A DNA stretch of 64,000 nucleotides from a virus. Lineage: Duplodnaviria; Caudoviricetes. Positions 27,429 through 36,262 of the stretch are shown here, piece after piece. The stretch is taken from IMG/VR virus record IMGVR_UViG_3300027770_000038, positions 1-64,000 of that record. One strand, written 5' to 3'. The notes under the pieces were generated by a model. It was not told the origin of the DNA, made no database searches, and saw only the letters and a list, made by a program, of their open reading frames with translations. Numbering within the stretch: position 1 is the stretch's first letter; each line of letters opens with the position of its first letter. A program made the translations under genes and the position numbers.

Positions 27429-27614
27429 TTACTTCCTTTTCCGTTCATGTTTTTCGTTTATCAACAGAGAGGCCATTATTTCTAGTCTAGTTTTCTCAGA
27501 ATACTGGGTCCAGTCAGCGATTTGCTGCCAAGACCTTCCGCATCCTGTACAAAAACCATCTTTTAATTTACAAAGTCTGATGCAAGGGGTTGAGACCTTA
27601 GCAGCAGTGTCCAT
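27429..27614 (-). CDS. DUF1289-family protein
   Basis: TPCIRLCKL..GFCTGCGR...QI.DW....E..R..I. Confidence 0.82.
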   Translation of the reverse strand: MDTAAKVSTPCIRLCKLKDGFCTGCGRSWQQIADWTQYSEKTRLEIMASLLINEKHERKRK

Positions 27615-27784
27615 TCTTTTGTTGAGTTATCTGTTTCCTGCCGTCAACGGTGTCGTAAAATTTAGTATAATAGCTCTGAATAATCTTATCAATATTTTTA
27701 ACTATACGATTTGGTTGTTCGCTGGCATCAACATTTTTGATACTTTGCGCCAGTTCATTTAAGAGTTTTTTGTTTTGCAAGAAT

Positions 27785-28135
27785 TTAGTCTCCTTTTTCG
27801 ATTCTGTAACTGTCTTCGTCGAAGTGCTGGGTGCTGATTTCAATAATTTCACTATCTTTTAGGGCAGAGAATTGATGGATCATCCCTACTGGGATATGGA
27901 AGGTATCACCTCGACCCAAAGTAGTCCAGTAGTTCCTTGCAGTTTTTTCGTCCATGCCGTAATGTAAGACAATTTTTCCGCTTTGGATGTAGAAAGTTTC
28001 ATCTTTAATCTTGTGGTAATGAAGACTACACTTGCGATCTTTAACGACGAAAAGAATTTTACCGCAATACTTTTCATTATTAACAATCCACTTCTCATAT
28101 CCCCAACCTTTGGGCACAAAATGCAGTTTTGACAT
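27785..28135 (-). CDS. cupin protein (mannose-6-phosphate isomerase C-terminal-like)
   Basis: VPKGWGYE.W, SLHYHKIKDETFY, IP.G.IHQF, EIST. Confidence 0.82.
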   Translation of the reverse strand: MSKLHFVPKGWGYEKWIVNNEKYCGKILFVVKDRKCSLHYHKIKDETFYIQSGKIVLHYGMDEKTARNYWTTLGRGDTFHIPVGMIHQFSALKDSEIIEISTQHFDEDSYRIEKGD

Positions 28136-28136
28136 A

Positions 28137-28340
28137 TTACTTAAGAAAAGATTCTATTTTCTTTATGGTCCCGTAATTGTTGTAAACATAATCAAAAATC
28201 CAATCTTCTGCCCTTTCAGACATATCTAATTGAGAAAGCAAATTGCTATATAAATCATTTTGCTCAATTTTTAGTTTATTTATTTTATTGCGAGTGTCTT
28301 TAATTAGTTCTCGTTGTTGAGTTGTAAATTTCATATCCAA
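28137..28340 (-). CDS. hypothetical protein
   Basis: 67-aa ORF. Confidence 0.5.
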   Translation of the reverse strand: MDMKFTTQQRELIKDTRNKINKLKIEQNDLYSNLLSQLDMSERAEDWIFDYVYNNYGTIKKIESFLK

Positions 28341-28678
28341 AGCGCTTGAATTGCTACTACTATACCGCAGAGTAATAATAAGGTTAAAGTTTTTGCATTT
28401 ATCTTTTCGTTAAAATGAAAAGAAGTTAAAATCGTAAATAGTATAATCCCTATCCCAAAAGTAAGGATTCGATTAGGCCAAATTAAACCATTGAAATATT
28501 CATTAATTAATTTAATAGCTTTAATAGTTATTAATGTAGTGGGGACGCTTATCCATATCAAATAGTATTGGTATTTATTAAACCATTCTGATATAAATTG
28601 CCCATGAATTTGATACCACCCAATTACATAAACTATACTAAGCAATAAAATTCCTAAAAATAATTTCATTATATCCAA
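28331..28678 (-). CDS. small multi-pass membrane protein
   Basis: four hydrophobic segments, SMR/DMT-like size. Confidence 0.65.
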   Translation of the reverse strand: MDIMKLFLGILLLSIVYVIGWYQIHGQFISEWFNKYQYYLIWISVPTTLITIKAIKLINEYFNGLIWPNRILTFGIGIILFTILTSFHFNEKINAKTLTLLLLCGIVVAIQALWI

Positions 28679-29319
28679 AGAATGTCATAATACTTCGCGA
28701 AAAGCATTAAGCCGTTTTCTTTTCTTTCATTAAGCTTATTGGCCTTTTCCATGTACTCTCCCCAAGCTTGTTTTTCTTCAATAGTCTTTTCGGAGTTGAG
28801 ATTAAGACCTTTTGCTTTAAAAGAAAGACTCTCTGGCAATTCGCAAAACTTATCTCCATCAATAATATACTCAAAAGCAAAAATCATTTCATCAATCGCG
28901 AAATTCATTTCTTTTACGCCTTTTTCTTCAGCGGCTGTCTGCTGTTCGCCTTCAAGCAGATGGAAGTTGTCTGGCAGGAAACAACAAGAGATTCCAGTTT
29001 TACCCTTCTTCTTAAAATATTTAAGTCGAGGCAAGATGAAAAGAGCAATATTATATCCTAAACAATACACATCATCGTCAGAGACTCCATAACGAATCTT
29101 CTGATACTTGCATTTCGCCCACCAGCGAATTCCACTAGGCCAATACCTAGCTTTCCACCCCAGCCTAAAAGGGATAAGGTCAAGCAAAAAATCTACATAC
29201 TTATTATAAACTGGTTCATCAGAATTAAACATAAGATCAAAAGCTTTTTCGTTTTCTTCGGCTATCTTTTTATGTTCAGCGACTTCTTCTGGTGTCCTGA
29301 AATCAAATTCCTTTTGCAT
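28669..29319 (-). CDS. conserved hypothetical phage protein
   Basis: ILPRLKYFK, IDEMIFAFE, GL.LFAKYY..LW. Confidence 0.65.
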   Translation of the reverse strand: MQKEFDFRTPEEVAEHKKIAEENEKAFDLMFNSDEPVYNKYVDFLLDLIPFRLGWKARYWPSGIRWWAKCKYQKIRYGVSDDDVYCLGYNIALFILPRLKYFKKKGKTGISCCFLPDNFHLLEGEQQTAAEEKGVKEMNFAIDEMIFAFEYIIDGDKFCELPESLSFKAKGLNLNSEKTIEEKQAWGEYMEKANKLNERKENGLMLFAKYYDILWI

Positions 29320-29689
29320 TGTAGTTGTCTATATATTTTTTAATGTTTTCAGCGCCTACTGGATTCATAGAATGGACTTCGTATGCTGGGTGAGAGACTT
29401 TTTGATCTTGACAAACCTCAACCAAATACTTAGCGCAATCGTAGCCAGTTTTTTCTTTATACTTAGCATAGTCAATTTTATTGGTTTCTAGGATTATTTT
29501 AAGATCACGATAATGTTGCGCCCCAAGGTCATGATCATAACAGACAAAAGATGGAATCCCCTTTATCTTTATTATATCCCTAAATTGAAAAAAGTCACGG
29601 GCAATTATCCATTCATAATTAGGAATATTTACCCAAGTAACGTCGCTTGGGAAACGGATATCATCGAGAAACAAATAATAATTATTCAT
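29303..29689 (-). CDS. cyclic-phosphate-processing receiver-like domain protein
   Basis: LFLDDIR.P, YDHDLG, KTGYDCAKYL, VHSMNPVGA.NI. Confidence 0.8.
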   Translation of the reverse strand: MNNYYLFLDDIRFPSDVTWVNIPNYEWIIARDFFQFRDIIKIKGIPSFVCYDHDLGAQHYRDLKIILETNKIDYAKYKEKTGYDCAKYLVEVCQDQKVSHPAYEVHSMNPVGAENIKKYIDNYNAKGI

Positions 29690-30432
29690 AGATCTTTATA
29701 AGATTTAACCTCAATCTTGTCATTAGTGAAAGTCAACCATTGATTTAAATGAGTGTCAATACAATAGTTTTCAGTCTTTGCGTACTTTGCAACTCCTCCC
29801 TGTCTACGAGGTGTATGCCCAACAATCTGATTAAGTCCTTCAACAGGAGCGAACTCCTTATCAAAGTCTAGCCAAACGATTCCTCCTTTATGATAATGGC
29901 CTCCTCTAGCTCTGCCAGCAGCATAAAACCAATGGTTATCGCCACTAATTAATTTAACATTTGCTCGTTCTCTTTCTTTAATTAGAAAAAGATTAATGTC
30001 AGAAATGTCTTTTGCTGTTGGATCGATAAAATCAGGACAAAGACCCGCATGAGTACATAGGTAACCGTCTACCCATGCAAACCAATTAAATTTTTTACAA
30101 ATACTAAAACGATTTTCTCCAAATGCTTCAGATATAGCATTGTATTTTCTATGTTCGTACCCACCGCACATTGTATAAGTGTTGTAAACAAGATAATGTA
30201 GATCATGATTCCCAAACAATGTATGATTATTTGAAGAAGATAAATAGCGTATTAAATACTCAGCAGTTTTTGCATAATGATGAGTTTCGTCATATTCAAA
30301 ACTATCAAACCAATCGCCAAGAACGAGATTAATATCTGCGCCCTCTGCTTTGATAATTTTATCCAGTTTATCCACGTTGTTGTGGATATCTGAAATGATT
30401 AATATTTTCTTATCTGTGCTTGAAATTGTCAT
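29686..30432 (-). CDS. calcineurin-like metallophosphoesterase
   Basis: SDIH, LGDWFD, GNHD, THAG, QIVGHT; start MTISS at 30432 because the upstream part of the listed ORF is a tRNA. Confidence 0.88.
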   Translation of the reverse strand: MTISSTDKKILIISDIHNNVDKLDKIIKAEGADINLVLGDWFDSFEYDETHHYAKTAEYLIRYLSSSNNHTLFGNHDLHYLVYNTYTMCGGYEHRKYNAISEAFGENRFSICKKFNWFAWVDGYLCTHAGLCPDFIDPTAKDISDINLFLIKERERANVKLISGDNHWFYAAGRARGGHYHKGGIVWLDFDKEFAPVEGLNQIVGHTPRRQGGVAKYAKTENYCIDTHLNQWLTFTNDKIEVKSYKDL

Positions 30433-30439
30433 TTGAAAT

Positions 30440-30514
30440 TGGAGCCACGCTACGGAATCGAACCGTACTCTGAGGTTTACAAAACCCCTGCATCGCCGAC
30501 TATGCTTGCGCGGC
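30440..30514 (-). tRNA. tRNA-Thr(UGU) with encoded CCA
   Basis: GCCGCGC/GCGTGGC acceptor, GCAT/ATGC D-stem, GGGGT-TTTGTAA-ACCTC anticodon arm, TACGG-TTCGATT-CCGTA T-arm, TCCA end. Confidence 0.92.
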
Positions 30515-31405
30515 AATTTGCTGTAATTTAAAGATCGCTAAATCTTTACTCTTCAATTCTATGTCAAAGTCAACAACTTGTCCAAAGTTTTTTGGATGAT
30601 TTATTGGCATGTCTGCGTGTTTGCGAGTGCCATCTACTCCTTCAGAATAATGGAACAGAGGCTTGGTGGGCCAAGTGCGGTAAGCGTCATTGAAAGCTTC
30701 TTCGTCAGATTGATCACCATGCAAGAGAGATTGGTGCAAGGAGTCAAAGGTTACAGGAATACCGTGACGCTCATAAAAATACTTAATTAAGTTCTTGACT
30801 GACCAAGTGCCATTCTTGTTGTCGTTAACTTCAAGCACCAGTCTATCTTTTACGTTTGGCTTGAGGCGATTGTAAACCGACATAAATCTTTGAGACAATT
30901 CTTCTGGGTCGCCATCTTGTCTAATGTGAATGTTTAAAGGCGAACGATAATCTTTAGGACAGTCATAGAGATCGAAGAGCATAGCGTGTTCATCTAGGTC
31001 TCTAATTGAGTTGTTGATGACTTGTTCTTTCTGGGAAGTAAAGCTAACGAACTCAGGAGGATGGGAAGATATCCTTAAGCCTGATCTTTTTATCTCTTTC
31101 TTAGTCTCATCAATGATGTCAAAAATTTCTTTCGCATGGTCAAGTTCAGTGAGATCAATATCAAGGTCAGGATGACTGAGAAGAGGAGTAATCTCGCTAG
31201 AAAGTCTGTAAGATCCAATTCCGCTTTGAGCGCAATGAGAAATCGTTTTAAGAGTAACATTGAAATTATTTAGTATTCTGTTAGAGAGGACTTTCATCCC
31301 TTCCTCTCTGCCAAGGGCCTTGAATCTTGTGTAGGTCAGCGTTTGGAATTTCTCCCCTTTTTCGGACAAAACAAGGGAAATGCAGCAAAGTCCATAATTT
31401 ATCAC
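30500..31405 (-). CDS. uvsE: UV damage endonuclease
   Basis: GLCC, YRLSS.I.P, R.S.HP, NIH, RLVLE.ND, P.TFD.LH, FHYSEG, HAD, DIE.K.KD.A. Confidence 0.9.
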   Translation of the reverse strand: MINYGLCCISLVLSEKGEKFQTLTYTRFKALGREEGMKVLSNRILNNFNVTLKTISHCAQSGIGSYRLSSEITPLLSHPDLDIDLTELDHAKEIFDIIDETKKEIKRSGLRISSHPPEFVSFTSQKEQVINNSIRDLDEHAMLFDLYDCPKDYRSPLNIHIRQDGDPEELSQRFMSVYNRLKPNVKDRLVLEVNDNKNGTWSVKNLIKYFYERHGIPVTFDSLHQSLLHGDQSDEEAFNDAYRTWPTKPLFHYSEGVDGTRKHADMPINHPKNFGQVVDFDIELKSKDLAIFKLQQIAAQA

Positions 31406-31441
31406 GCCCTCACTTTAGCTGGCTCCAAGGGAAAAACAAGG

Positions 31442-31669
31442 TCAAAATTCAGAATCTTCTTCTCCCATCCTCTCCATTAGCTTGTCGATTCGGCTGACCT
31501 CTGCTCCAGCCTTGTTCTTCAAACAAATGAGATGATTTAAATGAAGAAGAGTTTCTTCCCCGCTTTTAGACTCTCTGACGAGTTTCATCGTCGCTGCGAT
31601 TTCCTTCTTTAGCCAAATAGAAGTTTTCTTAATCATTAAGCATTGCTGCTTGGCTTCTTTTTCAGTCAT
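31442..31669 (-). CDS. hypothetical protein
   Basis: 75-aa ORF. Confidence 0.5.
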   Translation of the reverse strand: MTEKEAKQQCLMIKKTSIWLKKEIAATMKLVRESKSGEETLLHLNHLICLKNKAGAEVSRIDKLMERMGEEDSEF

Positions 31670-32118
31670 TTGGTTAATTTTATTTCTTCTAAGATGGCTA
31701 GTAAATCATCATCATATTGACTAGTCCATCCAGTATTAAAACCGGCTTGATCTTTAGCAAGAGTTTTAATCCACCCCTTGGAATTGCTCCCTACAGTTTC
31801 GTTAAAAACTCCGGTCTCTTCGCAAACAAAACCACTCAAAGACTCTGCGTTGTTGACAATGGTGCGAATTTCTTCGCTGCGTGTCCCTGCGTAGTAGAGG
31901 CGAAGAGTCCCAAACTTTTCTTTGGTTTGCAAAACGATGAAAGAGTCCTTGTCTTCTGGAGCCTTCTCTTCATTTATGTATTTTAAAGAACGTTCAACTC
32001 TCAAAAACGCCCAATTTAATATAAAAAACCAGCCGTCAGAACAGTCAAACGAGTGGCCTTTGCCTTCGAAAAACGGAGAGAAACGTTTACAAAGATAATT
32101 TTCTAGCTTTACATTCAT
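31666..32118 (-). CDS. conserved phage protein (C.DGW / Q.KEKFG.LR.Y family)
   Basis: CSDGWF, QTKEKFGTLRLY, AE..S..VCEE.G, GWIKTL. Confidence 0.72.
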   Translation of the reverse strand: MNVKLENYLCKRFSPFFEGKGHSFDCSDGWFFILNWAFLRVERSLKYINEEKAPEDKDSFIVLQTKEKFGTLRLYYAGTRSEEIRTIVNNAESLSGFVCEETGVFNETVGSNSKGWIKTLAKDQAGFNTGWTSQYDDDLLAILEEIKLTK

Positions 32119-32468
32119 GTTCTTTCAGATAGGTCTTCAATTATTGCTTCTGAGGTGTCCCATTTAAGATACTTTTCTAAAGCCATTATATCAAATAATT
32201 CATCTTTCGCCCAAAGAACTTCTTTGTAGTCCCCTAGAGTAGATTCTCTGTCACTTATGGAGCCCATGACAGCGCAAGAAGTATAATTATAAGCAAAATC
32301 AAGAGTAAAATACTGATCTTCTGTTTCGCCTTTCCAAATTTCGACCAACAGTTCCAGTTTTGTGTTAAAGAATTTCTCTACTAAGCAAAGTCGATCAACC
32401 TTTAGGCCTCTCATGTACTCAGAAGGATCTTCTTTTCGTGCTTTACTATTACTTGTGGATTTATCCAT
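32115..32468 (-). CDS. hypothetical protein
   Basis: ORF in minus-strand run, start uncertain. Confidence 0.5.
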   Translation of the reverse strand: MDKSTSNSKARKEDPSEYMRGLKVDRLCLVEKFFNTKLELLVEIWKGETEDQYFTLDFAYNYTSCAVMGSISDRESTLGDYKEVLWAKDELFDIMALEKYLKWDTSEAIIEDLSERT

Positions 32469-33076
32469 ACTTTATGACCTTTTTCTTTTGCTTTTAAACA
32501 GAAGCCAACGTCTTCCATGCAGAAGTCGTGAGCGTTACCAATATTAAAGAAGATCGGCTGGAACCAAGGATAATCCAAACTCTCAAATACGCCTTTCTTA
32601 ATTAGTATAAAACCAAAACCAGTGTAGTCAGCTACGAAGGGTTTTGTTTCGCCTACTATATCTTCTCTCTCAACGAACTTAAAGTAACCATTTTTTTCAA
32701 AAAACTTTTCGTCCCAATCCACAACAGTCGCAAACTTTTTGGGTTCTCTTGAGCCGTCTGCCATTAAGTATAATCCAGACGCAATATCAACCTCCATCTG
32801 AAGAAGTTTAATAAAGTCTTCAGGTTTGAAGATGATATCAGAGTCTATCCATAACATGTAATCATAATCGAGCTTTCCGCCCCAAGGCTTTTGCTGCTTG
32901 CCAGCTTGGACGTTGCCGCCGACGCACATGTTCCTAACATAGTAAATATTACATGATTCTTTCCTTGACAGGAAGACGGTAATTCCATTGTGGAGGCACC
33001 AATGGTAAAATTCAATGAATGAGTCAAAAAAAGACCCGGAAAAACTGTTTCCGGGCATACAAATAACTAACTTCAT
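32411..33076 (-). CDS. GT-A (GT2-like) glycosyltransferase
   Basis: YDYMLWIDSDI, YTGFGFILIK.GVFE, EDVGFC, V.HEK. Confidence 0.82.
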   Translation of the reverse strand: MKLVICMPGNSFSGSFFDSFIEFYHWCLHNGITVFLSRKESCNIYYVRNMCVGGNVQAGKQQKPWGGKLDYDYMLWIDSDIIFKPEDFIKLLQMEVDIASGLYLMADGSREPKKFATVVDWDEKFFEKNGYFKFVEREDIVGETKPFVADYTGFGFILIKKGVFESLDYPWFQPIFFNIGNAHDFCMEDVGFCLKAKEKGHKVWINPQVIVKHEKKILLST

Positions 33077-33083
33077 AAAATAA

Positions 33084-33230
33084 TCACTTCTTCGGCTTCT
33101 TCTTTTCTTGATTTAGGCAGACGGCGACACGCTGCTTTGGGTTTGGAAATTCGTTCTTTGGAACTTCGCTCATGCAACGCTCCATGAATTTCTTTGCGTC
33201 TTCGTTCTTGCGTTTGTTTGGTACGGGCAT
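33084..33230 (-). CDS. small phage protein (MP.P...E....F..RCM...EFP...QR.AVC family)
   Basis: 48-aa ORF translated by hand: MPVPNKRKNEDAKKFMERCMSEVPKNEFPNPKQRVAVCLNQEKKKPKK. Confidence 0.65.
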   Translation of the reverse strand: MPVPNKRKNEDAKKFMERCMSEVPKNEFPNPKQRVAVCLNQEKKKPKK

Positions 33231-33380
33231 ATTATTTGATTTTAATTTTTAACTGTAAATTTTTGTTTGATTTTTCTTGAATGTAATCTTTAGCTGCTAT
33301 CTTCCCTTCTTTAGTATATGGAAAAGCTCCATATGTGTAATTGTTTTTGTTTGAGATTATCATGTAGAATTTTTCTCTTT

Positions 33381-33644
33381 TTAGTTTTGGCATTTTTTAT
33401 CCTTTATTTTATCAATCCTAGACAAAATTTCGGTAATCTTGTCTTCCTCTATCCTTTTTCTAGCCAAAAAGACTTCAAGATTTTTATAAAGAGATTCCAA
33501 CTTTTTTTCTCTTGCTAAAGAAAATCCTTTTCGTTCAATTCTATCTATTTCATCGAGAACTTCAGCGGTCTTATTAATCCACCAAGCAGTAGTTTCCTGA
33601 AGTAAAAGAGCATCTTCAAAAATCTTATTTTCTTCAGCAGTCAT
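33381..33644 (-). CDS. hypothetical coiled-coil protein
   Basis: 87-aa ORF preceded by a GTGTAAT motif. Confidence 0.55.
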   Translation of the reverse strand: MTAEENKIFEDALLLQETTAWWINKTAEVLDEIDRIERKGFSLAREKKLESLYKNLEVFLARKRIEEDKITEILSRIDKIKDKKCQN

Positions 33645-33684
33645 CTCAGCTATATATTATATTACACATTCTATTTTATCATGT

Positions 33685-34344
33685 TTATTTGGCTAGTTCT
33701 GGCTCAACCTTGAACTCATAATGCATAAGCTCTTCATCGCCAGCAGTCCACTTGTGAGCTAGCCCTTCGCAAGAGAATTCTTGGCTGAAAGGTCTCCATG
33801 TTTTTGACTCTGGAGGTAACGATGATCCAATGAAAGCTCCTGAATCGCGCCAGACTATTCTATTGTTTGGTTGAGCGAACATCTGCCCGCCTTCACCCCA
33901 AAAAATATGAGCGCACTTGTGCCCGCTTGAGATTTCAGAGTATCCTAAATTATAATCCTCTCCATTGCACCAATCAATCGTAAAAGCGTACTTAGCTACA
34001 TGTTTGCTTTTATCTTTAAGCAGCATATAAGCTGAAGCGTTTTTAAGATAATCAAATCGGTGTACTGAAAAATAATAACTAAAACAATCCCAAAGTTGAA
34101 TCCAATGCAACTCAAAATTTGTTTGAGGCTCAAAAGTCTTTGATAAGTAATGAATTGGAACTCTAGCAAACTGCGCCCCGAATTCACTCATTACATTAAA
34201 TAGCAAGCATCTTCTAGAAATTGAAACCACTGAGAATATTTCTACAGGAATCCATTCTCCAGTTGTTCTTGGCAGTGAGTCGTTAAGGAACGAGGTATCT
34301 AAATATGCTGTTTGAGTTGGTATTGATGTAGTTAAATAAGCCAT
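33685..34344 (-). CDS. conserved hypothetical phage protein
   Basis: GA.FARVPIH, QLWDCFSY, FTIDW, HKCAH, AQPNNRI.W.D. Confidence 0.7.
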   Translation of the reverse strand: MAYLTTSIPTQTAYLDTSFLNDSLPRTTGEWIPVEIFSVVSISRRCLLFNVMSEFGAQFARVPIHYLSKTFEPQTNFELHWIQLWDCFSYYFSVHRFDYLKNASAYMLLKDKSKHVAKYAFTIDWCNGEDYNLGYSEISSGHKCAHIFWGEGGQMFAQPNNRIVWRDSGAFIGSSLPPESKTWRPFSQEFSCEGLAHKWTAGDEELMHYEFKVEPELAK

Positions 34345-34350
34345 AAAAAC

Positions 34351-34372
34351 AAAACCCCGCCCGTAGGCGGGG
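34351..34372 (-). terminator. intrinsic terminator after hsp20
   Basis: CCCCGCC-tacg-GGCGGGG followed by TTTTGTTTTT on the minus strand. Confidence 0.8.
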
Positions 34373-34378
34373 AGTAAC

Positions 34379-34720
34379 TTAAGTTACTTTTACTTTCTTC
34401 GGTTGGTAAGCTCCTTTTACAGGAACAGATAGCGTAAGCAGTCCATTCTCAGCGGAGGCTTTCAAAAGAGAAGCGTCCGCTGCGGTAGGAATCCACAGCG
34501 AGGCTTCAGCTTTTCTTTTTCCATTGGACGCTTTAATAGCAACCAAATCACCAATTTCATTTTCTCTCTTAACGGTAATATCTAGATCTTCTTTCGCAAA
34601 ACCGGGTACTTCGATTTCGGAAACATATTCTCCACTCATCTTATCTAAGATGAAAGAGTCTTTATTATAAAGATCTAGTTTTTGAGTTTTCCCATCATTT
34701 GTTTGAATATAGTATATCAT
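34379..34720 (-). CDS. small heat-shock protein (Hsp20)
   Basis: EVPGF.KEDL.I, A..ENGLLT.SVP alpha-crystallin motifs. Confidence 0.85.
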   Translation of the reverse strand: MIYYIQTNDGKTQKLDLYNKDSFILDKMSGEYVSEIEVPGFAKEDLDITVKRENEIGDLVAIKASNGKRKAEASLWIPTAADASLLKASAENGLLTLSVPVKGAYQPKKVKVT

Positions 34721-34734
34721 AAACAGTTTCCTTT

Positions 34735-34751
34735 AGCAAGAATCATGCCAA
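34735..34751 (-). promoter_or_regulatory. sigma54 (-24/-12) promoter of hsp20
   Basis: minus strand TTGGCATGATTCTTGCT versus consensus TGGCACG-N4-TTGCW; 14 nt before the ATG. Confidence 0.75.
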
Positions 34752-34821
34752 CCTTAAAACCCGCCTTTTTACTGCTTATTTGAGACATTCTGAGACAAAA
34801 TTGGCTGTCACAGTGACAGAG

Positions 34822-35307
34822 TTACACGCCCGTGCTTCCAAATCCGCCCGTTCTTTCGGTTGTAGACAAGGATTCAACTTGCTGCCAATCAATAGCGTGA
34901 TACTTTTCAATAATTAACTGAGCAATTCGATCTCCAGCTTTAATATTAAAATCAAAATTTGAACCAGCAATATTTGGAGTAAGTCCCATCATGCTTGCGA
35001 GATCAATACTCAAATTCATTAAGACGACTTTAACTTCTCCACGATAACTAGAATCTACAACTCCAGCAAGGACATCAATGCCATTCTTAACTGCTAGACC
35101 ACTACGAGGAGCAATTCTCGCGTAGTATCCTTCGGGCACTTCGATTGAAAGACCAGTGCTAACGAGAGCGCGACTCATCGGTTTAACCCTAACGTTTTCA
35201 GTCGCGTAGAGGTCATAACCTGCGTCTCCAGTCTTTTGGCGAGTTGGAGTAATCGCTAGATTATTCAGCTTTACGAATTTAACAGGAACTATTGATTCTA
35301 TAGCCAT
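34822..35307 (-). CDS. dut: dUTPase
   Basis: GDAGYDL, RIAPRSGLA, AGVVDSSYRGE, GDRIAQL, R.GGFGSTG. Confidence 0.95.
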   Translation of the reverse strand: MAIESIVPVKFVKLNNLAITPTRQKTGDAGYDLYATENVRVKPMSRALVSTGLSIEVPEGYYARIAPRSGLAVKNGIDVLAGVVDSSYRGEVKVVLMNLSIDLASMMGLTPNIAGSNFDFNIKAGDRIAQLIIEKYHAIDWQQVESLSTTERTGGFGSTGV

Positions 35308-35756
35308 GATTGTAAATGAGATTTGATCTTGGAGATGTTTTCTTCTTTTAGCTCTTGGTAATGAATTTTATAAAAATCAAATACTTCTTTGAATTTATTG
35401 CATTGCTCGTATTCTTTGATATAGAATACTCTTTGGATCTCATGAGCAACTATGTCCTTGGCGCAAGCAAAGCAAGGAGAAATTGTCAAGCATATGCTCT
35501 CTGCCTCTCCTTTCCTTATCAATGACAAGGCGTTAGTCTCCGCATGAATCATTATTTCTCGCTTCTTCGGACGATTCTCTTCCTTCTTCATCCACTCTTT
35601 GACAGCGAACCCTTTTTTCAATCCGTTGTAGCCGGTTGAAATGACCCTTCCCTCTTTATTTAGAATGCAAGCTCCGACTTTGGTGTGAGGGTCTTCGCTT
35701 CTAGACGAAGCAGCAAGGGCCATCATGCAACCATATTCGTGCCAAGAAAGTCTCAT
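35298..35756 (-). CDS. dCMP deaminase
   Basis: RSED..TKVGA, TGYNG, HAETNA, SPCFAC; start set to MRLSW. Confidence 0.9.
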   Translation of the reverse strand: MRLSWHEYGCMMALAASSRSEDPHTKVGACILNKEGRVISTGYNGLKKGFAVKEWMKKEENRPKKREIMIHAETNALSLIRKGEAESICLTISPCFACAKDIVAHEIQRVFYIKEYEQCNKFKEVFDFYKIHYQELKEENISKIKSHLQSWL

Positions 35757-35833
35757 GGATAATATTGTCGCAAATCGGCAAAGAAAAGTCAAGTTTATTT
35801 GGAGCTTTTTCTGGCATTCTTCTATTATTAAAT

Positions 35834-36250
35834 ATGACAATTTCAGATGCGTCTACAAAATTATATCAATGGTACTTTCAGAATGATAGTTTCTGTGAGA
35901 ACGATTTCACTAAACTGCTTACCATTTCAGAAAACCCAGAATCTGAAAGGGCTTGCGTGTTGTGTGCGCTTGAGGAATTTGAGAAGAACGGGATCGTAAA
36001 AAAGGCTAGTTTTAAAAATAATAATTATTGGATTCTCTCTAAGAAGTTTGACGCATACGAACAAAGCGTGACCATCTCTCCCAAAACTTCTTTTGTCATC
36101 TCGGAAGTAATCAATTCTTACTGCTCTCTGATTGAAAATGAATCTGAAAGATGCAACCCAATTTCGATCAGCGAGAAGGACATCAAGAACCTTCTGGTAA
36201 TTTTCAACGACTTGCGCGAAAAAACTTTTGACAAAACCAAGACCTCATGA
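35834..36250 (+). CDS. hypothetical protein, first gene of the plus-strand arm
   Basis: ORF from MTISDA. Confidence 0.6.
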   Translation: MTISDASTKLYQWYFQNDSFCENDFTKLLTISENPESERACVLCALEEFEKNGIVKKASFKNNNYWILSKKFDAYEQSVTISPKTSFVISEVINSYCSLIENESERCNPISISEKDIKNLLVIFNDLREKTFDKTKTS

Positions 36251-36257
36251 CTAGGAT
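36228..36257 (+). promoter_or_regulatory. sigma70-type promoter upstream of the structured ncRNA
   Basis: TTGACA (36228-33)-18 nt-TAGGAT (36252-57); the -10 overlaps the loop of ACCTCAT/ATGAGGT. Confidence 0.6.
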
Positions 36258-36262
36258 GAGGT

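Noticed and set aside
30433-30516. N-terminal extension of the listed 276-aa ORF 29686-30516
   Set aside because: It runs through the tRNA-Thr gene; the phosphoesterase most likely starts at ATG 30432.
3858-33393. Shared FP...EG...A motif between the ORF at 3858-4076 and a 53-aa ORF starting at 33393
   Set aside because: Too short to distinguish from chance similarity.
34822-35756. Uracil- or hydroxymethyluracil-substituted genome
   Set aside because: A canonical dUTPase, ThyX and dCMP deaminase point to normal dTTP synthesis; no hydroxymethylase recognised in the window.
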